Positions 39,679-49,310 of a DNA stretch of 64,000 bases are shown in pieces. Position 1 is the stretch's first letter, and each line of letters starts with the position of its first letter. The DNA comes from Bacteriovoracaceae bacterium (GTDB lineage: Bacteria > Bdellovibrionota > Bacteriovoracia > Bacteriovoracales > Bacteriovoracaceae), in NCBI GenBank assembly GCA_041586955.1, contig JBFGZE010000002.1, positions 43,451 to 107,450 of the forward strand, written 5' to 3'. The translations under genes and the position numbers were made by a program. The notes under the pieces are model-generated. The model had not been told where the DNA came from. It saw only the letters and a list, made by a program, of their open reading frames with translations, and made no database searches.

Positions 39679-40350
39679 ATGTGCTTTTCTTTGAAGGTTA
39701 TTCGCGATCTCAATACGTTAGCGAATCAATTTTCCGCCAAAATTGACCGGCAGGCCTTTCAACAATTCCATCACTTAGGCCAGTCGATGGCCAAGACGTT
39801 TAAGGCCCCGGATGCCCAAAACCGCATTTTTCCCAATTATTTTTCTCCCATTATTACCATGCAGCAAGGGCAGAAAATTATTAGACCGATGCGCTATCGG
39901 TTACGACCGGCCGGTAGTCCGAAAGAGGTTCCGGCCAAATATAATCTTTTTAATGCCCGTCGGGACTCTCTATGGACTCGCCAAAGCTGGAAGACGTTAT
40001 TAGGTCATAATCATGGGCTGATTGTTTTTGAGGAATTTTATGAATGGGTGCCAGGGGAGTCTGGAAAGTCCAAATTGGTTTCCTTTCGGCCAAAAGACCG
40101 GGAATTTATGTGGGCCCCCTGTCTCTTTGATTATTGGCAGGAACCGCAAAAAAAATATGGTTTTTATTCATTTGCGATTATTACCGATCGGCCGAATCCT
40201 GAAATTGTAGAACATGGCCATGAGCGGTGTCCGCTTTTTTTAAAGCGTGAACGGATCGAAGAATGGTTGCAATGGCAGGGGGATCATGCGGGCCTAGATG
40301 AGCTTTTTAATGCCCAAGAGAATGTGTATTATCAATGCCAGGATCAATAA
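39679..40350 (+). CDS. SOS response-associated peptidase (SRAP, YedK/HMCES family)
   Basis: N-terminal MC, FNARRD, FYEW, FAIIT, HERCP. Confidence 0.85.
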   Translation: MCFSLKVIRDLNTLANQFSAKIDRQAFQQFHHLGQSMAKTFKAPDAQNRIFPNYFSPIITMQQGQKIIRPMRYRLRPAGSPKEVPAKYNLFNARRDSLWTRQSWKTLLGHNHGLIVFEEFYEWVPGESGKSKLVSFRPKDREFMWAPCLFDYWQEPQKKYGFYSFAIITDRPNPEIVEHGHERCPLFLKRERIEEWLQWQGDHAGLDELFNAQENVYYQCQDQ

Positions 40351-40407
40351 GAACTAGAATTTTGCCCTCTCCCTTGGTAAATATAGCGCCTAACAAAAAT
40401 GAGGTAA

Positions 40408-42096
40408 ATGGTGAAAAAAACGTTTTTAGAGATTATGGCGCTCGAGGCCAAAAATTATCAGGGTCTTGATCAAATCCACCAATTGATTCAAACTGATGCT
40501 GAGTTGGTTAATATTCCCTACCAGCCGCTTTATCTTGCCATAAAAAGTCTTAATAGCGATGAAGTCGCTAAAATACTACCTCGTTTGAGTATTGAGCAAA
40601 GACAAACTTTTCGCGACTTAGATCTTTGGTCGCGAGATAACATCGATGCTAATGCTTTTAATTTCTGGATCCAGGCTTACGAAGGGTGTCAAGAGGAATT
40701 CATCCGTTTTGAAATGGCACAGTCCCCTGAATTCCTTTTATTCCTTAAGGCCCGTATCAATATATGGACCTTTGATGTTGAAGAACCGCTTTACCCTGAT
40801 CATGATTTCTATTTTTTAACCGATGATAGTTTATTATTAATTGAATATGATGAGACCTTTGAATACGCGCATGAAGTGCGGGAATTGATTCGCCAATTAT
40901 ATGGCACATGGGGCGTGGAAAAGGCATATACTTTTCTCTTTAAAATGGTATCAACCTCTTACCTGCAATTAGAAGAAAACGAATACACCTTAAAGAAAGA
41001 GCGGTTGCGCGATTTTGGTTTTGTTGATTATCATGAGGCACTTAATGTCGATACCGCGTTTGCTAATATTGCTGTCATGGATAATTATTTGCAAAAAAAA
41101 GTTAAGTCCACTGGAGAAATTGACCGCGTTTCCCACAATCAAATTCTCGACTCCACTAGTTTACGGCCCTATGAGGCCCTAGGTGATATTGAAAAAGAAT
41201 TGGCCCTCCTTGAAGATGAAAAGCGACAAGAGTTTTTACAATTTAATTTTATGCGATTGGTGAACGCTGGCCTGGCCTTAAATGAAGCGCTTAAAGCGGG
41301 AAGCCTAGCGGTTTCTCGAGTCGGTGAGCTCACTCGAAGCCTTCTCGAATTAGGTTTTGATTATATTAAGTCCCAATCTTATGGGCAGGGTCTCGAAGAG
41401 GGGATTTTTTCAAAATATGAATTTACTGATATCTACCGGGTAGGTGTCACGTTGGTGCGTAGTGAATTGCGTAAGGTTAAAAAAGCACTTAGCTCCCATC
41501 AATTTGATGGTGAGGACGAGGCCTTTCTAGGAGAGTATTGGGTTGAGTTTATTCAAAATAGCTTTTTACGGCCTTCTCGTTTCCGGCCAGATCTGGCCGA
41601 CAAGGCAAAACTATTAAATTCCATGATCGTTTATACTCCGTGGGCCGTCCAATGCCAGCTTTTGATTGAACAAATGCCTTTTATCTCCTCTATGCGAACA
41701 TCTTTTAGTGAATTGAAAAATAATGGTCGTTTACAGGATGAGTATTATCTTAATTATCAAGTTCCCGAAATAGATTTTGAATCGATTCTCTTATCCAGTT
41801 TTATCAATCACTTTTTGGGGCATTTTGAGAAGCACAAAGGGGAAAAACTGGGGCTTAAAGTTGATGAGATCAAAGAATTTTTAATTGCGATTGGAGCTGA
41901 TAGCGGCAAGCTCACTATAACTGATGAGTTGAGGGAAAAGAGGGATCAGTTTTTAACTTCTTTTGGCATGGATCAAAAAAGCATCTTTCAGGATTATTTA
42001 AATACAATTCTTACGCGGCATCTCGATGGCTATGATTTAAGCGAAATGAGTGATGACGATTTTAAGCATATGGGTGGACCTATTCTTCTGGTTTGA
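40408..42096 (+). CDS. Conserved hypothetical protein (DUF6178-like)
   Basis: DLDLW and RLRDFGFVDY patterns recalled from the deltaproteobacterial DUF6178 family; acidic and helical. Confidence 0.5.
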   Translation: MVKKTFLEIMALEAKNYQGLDQIHQLIQTDAELVNIPYQPLYLAIKSLNSDEVAKILPRLSIEQRQTFRDLDLWSRDNIDANAFNFWIQAYEGCQEEFIRFEMAQSPEFLLFLKARINIWTFDVEEPLYPDHDFYFLTDDSLLLIEYDETFEYAHEVRELIRQLYGTWGVEKAYTFLFKMVSTSYLQLEENEYTLKKERLRDFGFVDYHEALNVDTAFANIAVMDNYLQKKVKSTGEIDRVSHNQILDSTSLRPYEALGDIEKELALLEDEKRQEFLQFNFMRLVNAGLALNEALKAGSLAVSRVGELTRSLLELGFDYIKSQSYGQGLEEGIFSKYEFTDIYRVGVTLVRSELRKVKKALSSHQFDGEDEAFLGEYWVEFIQNSFLRPSRFRPDLADKAKLLNSMIVYTPWAVQCQLLIEQMPFISSMRTSFSELKNNGRLQDEYYLNYQVPEIDFESILLSSFINHFLGHFEKHKGEKLGLKVDEIKEFLIAIGADSGKLTITDELREKRDQFLTSFGMDQKSIFQDYLNTILTRHLDGYDLSEMSDDDFKHMGGPILLV

Positions 42097-42454
42097 GCCC
42101 AAAGGCCTGGTTAAAAATGACTGATACGCGCCGTTGAAAAGGGGCCTGAGGTCCACTTAAATGGGTGAGAATTTCTTTTTCGAGTTTTAACATATAATTT
42201 CTTTGTTCCTCGATCAGCTCCATGAGTTGAGGGTTCTCTTCATGGATTTTCACTCTATTAGCGAAAAAATCATGGAGAAGAGCAAGACGGGTATTTTCCG
42301 TTTCCAAAAAGGTATAGAGATCGTAACTATCATTACTGCGGCGAGAATCCATTGCTTGGAGTTCCGGATTGCCCTCAAAGACTAAATCAACGACATCTTC
42401 AAAGCCCTTGAGTTCTTTGATTTGACCATTTGTTAATTTAATTTTTTTGCTCAT
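42080..42454 (-). CDS. Hypothetical protein
   Basis: 124 aa ORF with 4-bp overlap to the upstream gene. Confidence 0.6.
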   Translation of the reverse strand: MSKKIKLTNGQIKELKGFEDVVDLVFEGNPELQAMDSRRSNDSYDLYTFLETENTRLALLHDFFANRVKIHEENPQLMELIEEQRNYMLKLEKEILTHLSGPQAPFQRRVSVIFNQAFGLKPEE

Positions 42455-42963
42455 GCTTTTACCTTGGCCTTGAGTTTATTTAATAATTGCTCTAAAAAAG
42501 CATTATAGGTGGTCATTTCTTTTAATTCCTTTTGAAGAGGGCGAATAGTTTCTAAATATTTTAATTGCTCTTCGATATTGAGATTGGCCAATTTTTTTGC
42601 CTGTACATTAGTTTTGTTTAAAAGGCTTTTTTCTTTTGCCTTTAGGCGCTTTGTTTTGCGCTGAAAATGACCTGGCAATTGAGAGCGCGAGGGTATAAGC
42701 GTTAAAAAGGAAAACTCTTTGAGGTGAGGAGTGATAACATAAAAAGGATAGGGGAAGGGGGTGTATTGTCCCTTCCGTTCCAAACAGTCGCTAATGGTAG
42801 TTAAGACATTAACAATTTCATTAGCGGGGACTTTGTGAAGGTCGACAAAGTAAGGGTGCTCTTGTGGGACTTTGTTTTTCATGGCAACCTCAATCTGATC
42901 AGGGTTTAGACCAAAAAACTCAAGTTCTTCTAAGATAGGGGCGCGCATTTTTTCTCCTTTCAT
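42451..42963 (-). CDS. Hypothetical protein with C-terminal coiled coil
   Basis: 170 aa ORF; AAGGAG precedes the second ATG. Confidence 0.6.
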   Translation of the reverse strand: MKGEKMRAPILEELEFFGLNPDQIEVAMKNKVPQEHPYFVDLHKVPANEIVNVLTTISDCLERKGQYTPFPYPFYVITPHLKEFSFLTLIPSRSQLPGHFQRKTKRLKAKEKSLLNKTNVQAKKLANLNIEEQLKYLETIRPLQKELKEMTTYNAFLEQLLNKLKAKVKA

Positions 42964-43015
42964 TTATTATACTTGAAATTTTGCTCATATTGCTGCTTTT
43001 CGCTAAAATAAGAGA

Positions 43016-43687
43016 ATGATTAATTTTCGTTATGTAGATATACCACGTGTGATCCTTCCCCTATTAAAGTCTAACATGACTTCTACAGGGCCTCTCTTTC
43101 TCAAGCTACCTCATTATTTTAAAGAGAATGCCTTTCTTAGTTATTTGGCAGAAACAAAATTATCCGATTTGGATGATCAAGGAAGACCGGAAAAAATGGT
43201 CACTTCTATTGGCTGGCTGGGACTGCGTAATCGTTTAATTCGCCACTTTTTGGAGGAGAAATATCCAGAATTAGAGAAATTACCGATGGCCGAAGAATGG
43301 CCTTTAAAATTTGCAATGAAAGCAGATGATTATAGTTTACCTGGTTATTCTCGCGGGCTTTTATTGGGCCTTTACTTTTATATTGATGGCCTTAATCAAG
43401 GCCTGGAGTATCAAATGACTGATCTCGTTCCTCCCTCTATTTTTGAATTAATGGATCAAATGAATGGCCGCAAACCTGAAGTGGACTGGCTTATATTGAT
43501 TCTCCTTCATTTGAATGAATTTTTGGGGCCTCAAAAACTGGAAAGCTTGATTCAGGCGGGAATGGGCTTCAATAAAATTCATTCACAATTATCTTTTGAG
43601 GACCAGGAAACGATGGCCAGAAATTTGCTTAAATATGGCGCCTCCATAGGGGAGAAGGATTTTTTTCACAGTGAGGTCATATTATGA
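43016..43687 (+). CDS. Hypothetical helical protein (weakly HDOD-like)
   Basis: MVTSIGWLGLRNRL resembles the HDOD AVxxLGxxxLR helix; coupled to the downstream ATPase. Confidence 0.5.
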   Translation: MINFRYVDIPRVILPLLKSNMTSTGPLFLKLPHYFKENAFLSYLAETKLSDLDDQGRPEKMVTSIGWLGLRNRLIRHFLEEKYPELEKLPMAEEWPLKFAMKADDYSLPGYSRGLLLGLYFYIDGLNQGLEYQMTDLVPPSIFELMDQMNGRKPEVDWLILILLHLNEFLGPQKLESLIQAGMGFNKIHSQLSFEDQETMARNLLKYGASIGEKDFFHSEVIL

Positions 43688-44733
43688 TGGGGACGAGCGA
43701 GAATTTGATGTGGAAATTATTGGAAGACCTCAACCAGAAAAAAGGTGTCACTGAAATAGTCGTTAATCATGAAGACCGGGTCTTTGTCGAAATTAATGGC
43801 AAGTTCATTCAATTAAATTACCAACTCACGACTAATGATATTTATGAATTTATTGAAGAGGTTGCGGAGTATAATCAAAAAATATTTAATCGTGATCATC
43901 CACTTTTTAATGGAACTTTACCTGACGGCTCACGTATCAACGCCGTTTGCGAGCCCTATGCCAGTGAAGGGCCAGTGGTAACCATTCGTAAATATTTATT
44001 GCGCTCTTATACACTTGACCAAAATCCAGGTATTTTTGGTCTCACAGAGAAATGGGGCCCTTTTATTAAGGCGATGATTAAAGGCCATTTTAATATTATT
44101 GTGGCCGGAGCTACGGGGTGTGGGAAAACTACTTTACTTAACCTTCTTTTGCAGCTCATCCCTCCTAATGAGCGCTTGATTCTTATTGAAGATACGGAAG
44201 AAATTAATATTAAGCACCCTAATTCAGTAAAGCTTTTGACCCAAATGAATAATACTAATGGGCAGTCATCAACTGGCGCCAAAGAATTGATACGGCATTC
44301 ATTGCGCATGAGACCAGATCGTATTATTGTAGGTGAGGTTCGCGGAGCGGAGCTTTATGACCTTTTTCAAGTAATGATGACAGGACATGAAGGATCCATG
44401 ACCACGATTCATGCCAATAATGCACGCGAGGTCTTATTTCGCATGGAAAGCCTTTTTATGATGGGCAGTGAGCATGAAATCCCCGTCCCGGTGATTCGAC
44501 GGTATTTGACAAGTGCTGTTCACTTTATCATCTACCTGAATCGAGATAAAGAGGGGAATCGCTTTATCGAGGAAATTATTGAATTGGGTGGTATGGAAGA
44601 TGGAAATTATCTCACCCAAAGTTTAGCGAAAGGTGATGCTCAGGGCCTAAAAACCACAGGAAATGTCAGCCAATATATGGACCGACTTTCCAAAGCAGGC
44701 GGTTTACCTCGCAATTATTTCTTAGAGGATTAA
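43684..44733 (+). CDS. cpaF: CpaF/TadA/VirB11-family secretion ATPase
   Basis: LPDGSRIN, TIRK, GATGCGKTT, IEDTEE, LRMRPDRIIVGEVRG, TGHEGSMTTIHAN. Confidence 0.9.
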   Translation: MMGTSENLMWKLLEDLNQKKGVTEIVVNHEDRVFVEINGKFIQLNYQLTTNDIYEFIEEVAEYNQKIFNRDHPLFNGTLPDGSRINAVCEPYASEGPVVTIRKYLLRSYTLDQNPGIFGLTEKWGPFIKAMIKGHFNIIVAGATGCGKTTLLNLLLQLIPPNERLILIEDTEEINIKHPNSVKLLTQMNNTNGQSSTGAKELIRHSLRMRPDRIIVGEVRGAELYDLFQVMMTGHEGSMTTIHANNAREVLFRMESLFMMGSEHEIPVPVIRRYLTSAVHFIIYLNRDKEGNRFIEEIIELGGMEDGNYLTQSLAKGDAQGLKTTGNVSQYMDRLSKAGGLPRNYFLED

Positions 44734-44735
44734 CC

Positions 44736-45365
44736 ATGGTTGAATATATTATTGGAAATAACCCTGATGGCCGCATTATAAATAAGGCGAAATTGCTATT
44801 AGAAAGAGGCGAGTTGATTATTTTCCCCTCTGATACCAATTGGGTGATGGCGTGTAATCCTTTCTCTAAGAAGGGAGTCGATGCTTTTTATCGCGCTCGG
44901 AAAAAAGATCAAAAAAAACATTTCAGTCTCTTCATTAATAATTGGTCACAGGCCCAAGAAGTGGCCTATATTAGCGATTCTCATTTTCGTCTTTTAAAGA
45001 ATAAAGTACCAGGCCATTATACTTTTATTTTTAAGGCCACTAAAAAAATCACGAAGGCCTTAAAGGCCTCTCACGTTGATCACCAAGTGGGCATTCGTTT
45101 TGCACCTGGTAAGCTAATCAATCATCTTTTAAATGATCAAGTCTTGATGGCCGGCCATATTGATCCAGATGAGCTTGGCCTTGAAGATGCTGATAGTATT
45201 TACGGACTATTACTTGAAGAGCAATTTAGAAGTTCCGTAAAAATGATTCTAGACCCTGGAGAGTATGACTTTGTTGGACCTTCAACCATTATCGATTTTT
45301 GTAATGAAGAGAGTCCCTTTCTCGTGCGAGAAGGGGCCGGAAGCATTGCTCCCTTTGGTCTTTAA
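44736..45365 (+). CDS. Sua5/YciO/YrdC-family protein (YciO-like)
   Basis: FPSDT, PGHYTFI, VGIR, PSTIID, REGAG. Confidence 0.88.
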   Translation: MVEYIIGNNPDGRIINKAKLLLERGELIIFPSDTNWVMACNPFSKKGVDAFYRARKKDQKKHFSLFINNWSQAQEVAYISDSHFRLLKNKVPGHYTFIFKATKKITKALKASHVDHQVGIRFAPGKLINHLLNDQVLMAGHIDPDELGLEDADSIYGLLLEEQFRSSVKMILDPGEYDFVGPSTIIDFCNEESPFLVREGAGSIAPFGL

Positions 45366-45405
45366 GTCGCAGGTTTATTTTATTTAAAGTGATTCGGCCT
45401 TAAAG

Positions 45406-46293
45406 CTAGAGATTCATAAATTCAAGGTTGATCCTGTCTTTCGTTTTTCCTTCGAGATAGCCGAGTTCGTATTTATTTAGAGCATCCCGAATGGCACCAT
45501 TTTTAACCAACAATAGAAATGTCTCCTTCTCATTAAAACTCAAAGAACGAAACTTTTTAATCGCTTCTAAAGCAAAATAAACTGGAAAATCTCGCCAAAC
45601 AAAAATTTCTCGATTGAATAATTCTCTGGCCAGCTCAATCACTTTTTCTGGGGCATTATCCTCTTTTATTGGAATTCCTAAGTGTCGATATGCTTCCCGG
45701 GTATAAAACCAACTTGACCTACGGCTCCCCCAAACATTTTGGGCAACAGGCAAATCCTTAGATATTTGGAGAATCGTCTTACCATATCTCACATCGCCTT
45801 GATAGCTAGACATCGTTACTGAAAAATAAACAAATCGGTGGGCTCCGTATATCGTTTCTTCATCTTGGGCAACATACTGTTTTCTCACTTGTGTAATGGC
45901 ATGCTCATTTCTTTTCTCTACAGAAAGAAGACCGTTGGACTGGATAATATACGGAATTGCATCCACAGAAGTGCGATGCTCTAATATTGGCTCAAGATCT
46001 AAAACGGCATTTTTTATCTTTAATTCATCGGAGGTTAGTTGACCGAGTTCTGCAATTAAGTTTGATATATTGTCGGCAGATTTTTTCGCAATAAATTGCG
46101 AGGAGTAGGTGGTTAAATTTGAGTCAACTGATGGAGTTTGTAGTGCAGACCTATTGAGAATAGGCATCATCAGATCGAGACAATTGTGCGGTCCACTAGC
46201 GTTTGTTGTTGATACGGAAATTAATGCTAAAAACAAAATAAAAGAATTGATAAATAACTTTCTACTCATTGTCATGATCTCTTGTTTTTTCAT
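45406..46293 (-). CDS. Secreted hypothetical protein, putative ADP-ribosyltransferase (DarT-like) fold
   Basis: Signal peptide; EHRT...IIQSNGLLS, FVYFS, YG and C-terminal LE...DRINLEF. Confidence 0.5.
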   Translation of the reverse strand: MKKQEIMTMSRKLFINSFILFLALISVSTTNASGPHNCLDLMMPILNRSALQTPSVDSNLTTYSSQFIAKKSADNISNLIAELGQLTSDELKIKNAVLDLEPILEHRTSVDAIPYIIQSNGLLSVEKRNEHAITQVRKQYVAQDEETIYGAHRFVYFSVTMSSYQGDVRYGKTILQISKDLPVAQNVWGSRRSSWFYTREAYRHLGIPIKEDNAPEKVIELARELFNREIFVWRDFPVYFALEAIKKFRSLSFNEKETFLLLVKNGAIRDALNKYELGYLEGKTKDRINLEFMNL

Positions 46294-46755
46294 TTGTCAC
46301 TTTCCCTAAGGCCGGATGGGCCTAAACGACAGCTGGCCTTAATATAATCTTTGTCTACTCATTTGAGATTCACTGGCCGGGTTTTGTGTCAGTATTAATA
46401 ATATTAATGGATATTAGTACAAAGTAGCACTCGTCTCATGGTGATTTCCCACAAATTACATACCTGTTAAAAAACTGACATATATAAAAGGCCTTTAAAA
46501 TGGAAATAAATGAATACATTTTAACAACTTAGTTTTTTCTACTCTGATTAATGTTTAAGAGTTGAAGGTTAAGCCTAACCATTACAAAACCTTCAATATC
46601 TTGGCATGGTGGCGTTTCGAGTTCCTTTATTATTCACCTAGGTCGTTCGTATTACAAAGAGCTCACAATCGACTAGAAACTAAACATTGTCTAAGTTTTT
46701 TCATGGGGGAAGCTTTCTATCATATGGTATTTAGGTGAATCGTATTAAATATTAT

Positions 46756-46771
46756 TGGCCTCTCCATTGCA
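46756..46771 (+). promoter_or_regulatory. Candidate sigma-54 promoter
   Basis: TGGCCTCTCCATTGCA (GG-N10-GC), about 40 bp before the ATG at 46811. Confidence 0.45.
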
Positions 46772-46810
46772 GCAGAATAAGAACTATTATCAAGAGATTT
46801 GGAGGGTGAA

Positions 46811-47488
46811 ATGAAAAATTTAATCCTAATCACATTAATGGCCATTTTATCTTTCAATATTGCAGGCCTTGAATCTCAGAATGGCCTTGAACAAATTTGT
46901 GGACCTACGGCCTATGATGCTTATGTTGGACTCCGACATAGCTTAGCAATAGAAAGCTCTCGCTTAAACGACATGAAATATGAAGCACATCACGAGGAAA
47001 TCAAGAAAGCAATTGCTACCATAAAAAATGATTTAAAATTTTATACAGAGGAAAAGCAAAAGGAATTATTGGCCGACAATTATAAAAAAATGGCCGCTTG
47101 TGAAAAATTAAAGCAGTCAAAAAAAGAAAAAGAATTTATGATGGAAGAGAAGATGGAGGAGCGGTATTGTGGTAATACCGGTTATGATGAGTATATTTTT
47201 CTCATTCACTCTAAAGAAATTGAACAAGCACGTTTAAAAGATTTGAAATATCAGCGTCACCATGAAGATCTGCGTAAAATGATTGCTCGTATTGATAAAA
47301 AGCTTGAGAATTATACAAAAGAGAAGCTTGAGCTTTTACTCGTTCAAAATAATACTCAATTTAAAGCATGCCTAGAGTACCGGCAAAAAAAGGCCTCAAC
47401 AATTGCAGCGGGCGCTCGTCAGGAGAAAGAGTTGCTATTTGAAAAGAGCTCGCATGTTGACTTCCATAATACTTCTTTTCACAAATAA
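46811..47488 (+). CDS. Secreted helical protein with an internal two-fold repeat
   Basis: GGAGG RBS, signal peptide, two CG..YD.Y...HS..IE..RL.D.KY..HHE...ACxE/K units. Confidence 0.75.
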   Translation: MKNLILITLMAILSFNIAGLESQNGLEQICGPTAYDAYVGLRHSLAIESSRLNDMKYEAHHEEIKKAIATIKNDLKFYTEEKQKELLADNYKKMAACEKLKQSKKEKEFMMEEKMEERYCGNTGYDEYIFLIHSKEIEQARLKDLKYQRHHEDLRKMIARIDKKLENYTKEKLELLLVQNNTQFKACLEYRQKKASTIAAGARQEKELLFEKSSHVDFHNTSFHK

Positions 47489-47556
47489 TGATATTTTTAT
47501 AAAATCTATTTCATATATCTAAAATTGATTTATAATCAATAAAAAAGGTAGATTTT

Positions 47557-48003
47557 ATGACCATTAAATGGACCTTACTCATATTGATCAATTTTATCCT
47601 CTCGTCTTGCCTGACGGGGGCCCTTATCGGTGGTGGTGCCGCGGCCTTAACTGCTGTGGTTATTGATAAGGCCAAAAAAAATGAAAAATCAGAGCAAAAA
47701 AGACCACCAAAGAACGTCGCATCAAAGCTGGCACCTATTAAAGCAGCTTCAACCACCAAAATGACTCGCTATGATGAGCGACGCACAGGTATTTTTATTA
47801 CCTTAACAGAAAATTATGGCGCTGGTGAAAAGGTCGTTAATCGCTGTGCCGTAAAAGCACTTTCGATGATGGCCTGGTGGGATGGCGAGCGTTCGATCTA
47901 TCCCAAACAAATAAAAGAAAATGTCTTTCAAGGTTATGGCGAGGATGTCATCAAGAAGGCCTATGTTTATAATTCTCAGCATGATTGCCAACAGAACTGG
48001 TAG
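47557..48003 (+). CDS. Hypothetical lipoprotein with glycine-zipper-like segment
   Basis: Lipobox LSSC followed by GALIGGGAAAL. Confidence 0.65.
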   Translation: MTIKWTLLILINFILSSCLTGALIGGGAAALTAVVIDKAKKNEKSEQKRPPKNVASKLAPIKAASTTKMTRYDERRTGIFITLTENYGAGEKVVNRCAVKALSMMAWWDGERSIYPKQIKENVFQGYGEDVIKKAYVYNSQHDCQQNW

Positions 48004-48081
48004 GGGAATGATTCTTTTTTTAATTTAGCGGTCGGCTTCAAGTAAATAAAATAATTGCATCAAAAAAATTTGAAAGAGTTC

Positions 48082-48996
48082 TTATTTTTTCATCTGCTGT
48101 GCCAATTGTGCCGCCACTTTGGCATTATTTAAAATTAAGGCGATATTACTTTCCAGTGATTTTCCACCAGTTAATTCTTTCACTTTTGCGAGAAGGAAAG
48201 GAGTTATCTCTTTGCCTTTAATTCCTTTTTTTGTGGCCTGGGCCAAGGCCTCATCAATTCCCTTCTCCATGACATTTGGATCGAGACTATTTGCTTGTGG
48301 TACCGGGTTGGTGAGAAGCGCTCCGCCACGATTGGAAATAGTCCATTTGATGGTGAGGGTCTCTGCTACAGACTTTAGATCATTAAAACAATGATCCACC
48401 CGATATTGGCCTTCGCGAGTATAAAAAAGAGGGAGCTTTTTAGTTTGGTAACCCCATACAGGAACCCCTTTTGTTTCGAGATATTCTAGAGTTTTGGGGA
48501 CATCGAGAATGGCCTTAATCCCAGCGCAAATGACACAGACTGGAGTTTGTGCCAATTCTTCAAGATCCGCCGAAATATCAAAATTAAGTTCGGCGCCTCG
48601 ATGGACTCCTCCAATACCGCCCGTAGCGAAAACTTTAATGCCCACAATTTCACAAATCATCATTGTCGCCGCAACCGTCGTGGCACCCATCTTTTTTTGC
48701 GACAAAATGACTGAAAGGTCGCGCCGAGAAACCTTTTCTACTTGAGAAGGGCCCGCCTGTGCTAAGATCTGGATTTGCTTTTCAGACATACCGACTAAAA
48801 CTTTACCATCCATTAGGCATATGGTGGCAGGAGTCGCGCCATTATTGCGCACCATTTGCTCTACCTGCTTAGCGGTTTCATAATTTTGTGGGTAAGGCAT
48901 GCCATGAGAAATAATAGTCGACTCTAAAGCGACAATGGGAAGGTTGTTGGCGAAAGCTTCTTTAACTTCTTGAGAGAAATGGATAAAAGGGAGCAT
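48082..48996 (-). CDS. psuG: Pseudouridine-5'-phosphate glycosidase
   Basis: VALESTIISHGMPYP, KVSRRD, ATTVAAT, FATGGIGGVHRG, DISADL, ITPFLL. Confidence 0.95.
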   Translation of the reverse strand: MLPFIHFSQEVKEAFANNLPIVALESTIISHGMPYPQNYETAKQVEQMVRNNGATPATICLMDGKVLVGMSEKQIQILAQAGPSQVEKVSRRDLSVILSQKKMGATTVAATMMICEIVGIKVFATGGIGGVHRGAELNFDISADLEELAQTPVCVICAGIKAILDVPKTLEYLETKGVPVWGYQTKKLPLFYTREGQYRVDHCFNDLKSVAETLTIKWTISNRGGALLTNPVPQANSLDPNVMEKGIDEALAQATKKGIKGKEITPFLLAKVKELTGGKSLESNIALILNNAKVAAQLAQQMKK

Positions 48997-49127
48997 CTAT
49001 TGTGTCCTAGTCGTTGCTTAAGATTTAAATTCTTTTCCACTTTTTTTTTATGGAAAAAGAGTGGTCAGATCGGTGTTTTTAATCTGGAAAACAATAAGGA
49101 TTATATCGCGAAAAGGGAAGTCCGTTG

Positions 49128-49310
49128 AAAAAAAAAGAGGGAGTCTCGTAATTAAGACCCCCTCTTTTAAAACGACATGTTTGGTTTGAACGGCTTCAAA
49201 CCAGGAAGGAGGACGGGTAAGGAAAAAATAGGCTGGAAGAGCAAAATATTGAATGGCCCCGTCTGGCCTCTCAATATTTTGTGTGTGGGAGAAAAAATAT
49301 CTTTCTCTTA
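49128..49310 (-). ncRNA. Candidate structured sRNA or cis-regulatory leader ending in an intrinsic terminator
   Basis: Four consecutive hairpins; the last has a minus-strand G-U pair and U9 tail; no ORF. Confidence 0.5.

Noticed and set aside
46300..46440. Possible pseudogene remnant on the minus strand
   Set aside because: The ATG is followed by a stop after 11 codons and there is no recognisable homology.
45406..47488. DarTG toxin-antitoxin pair
   Set aside because: No macrodomain partner; the ART-like protein has a signal peptide and its neighbour is divergent and unrelated.
49200..49295. Plus-strand CsrB/RsmZ-like GGA-repeat RNA
   Set aside because: The GGA motifs are not in hairpin loops, and the terminator polarity favours the minus strand.
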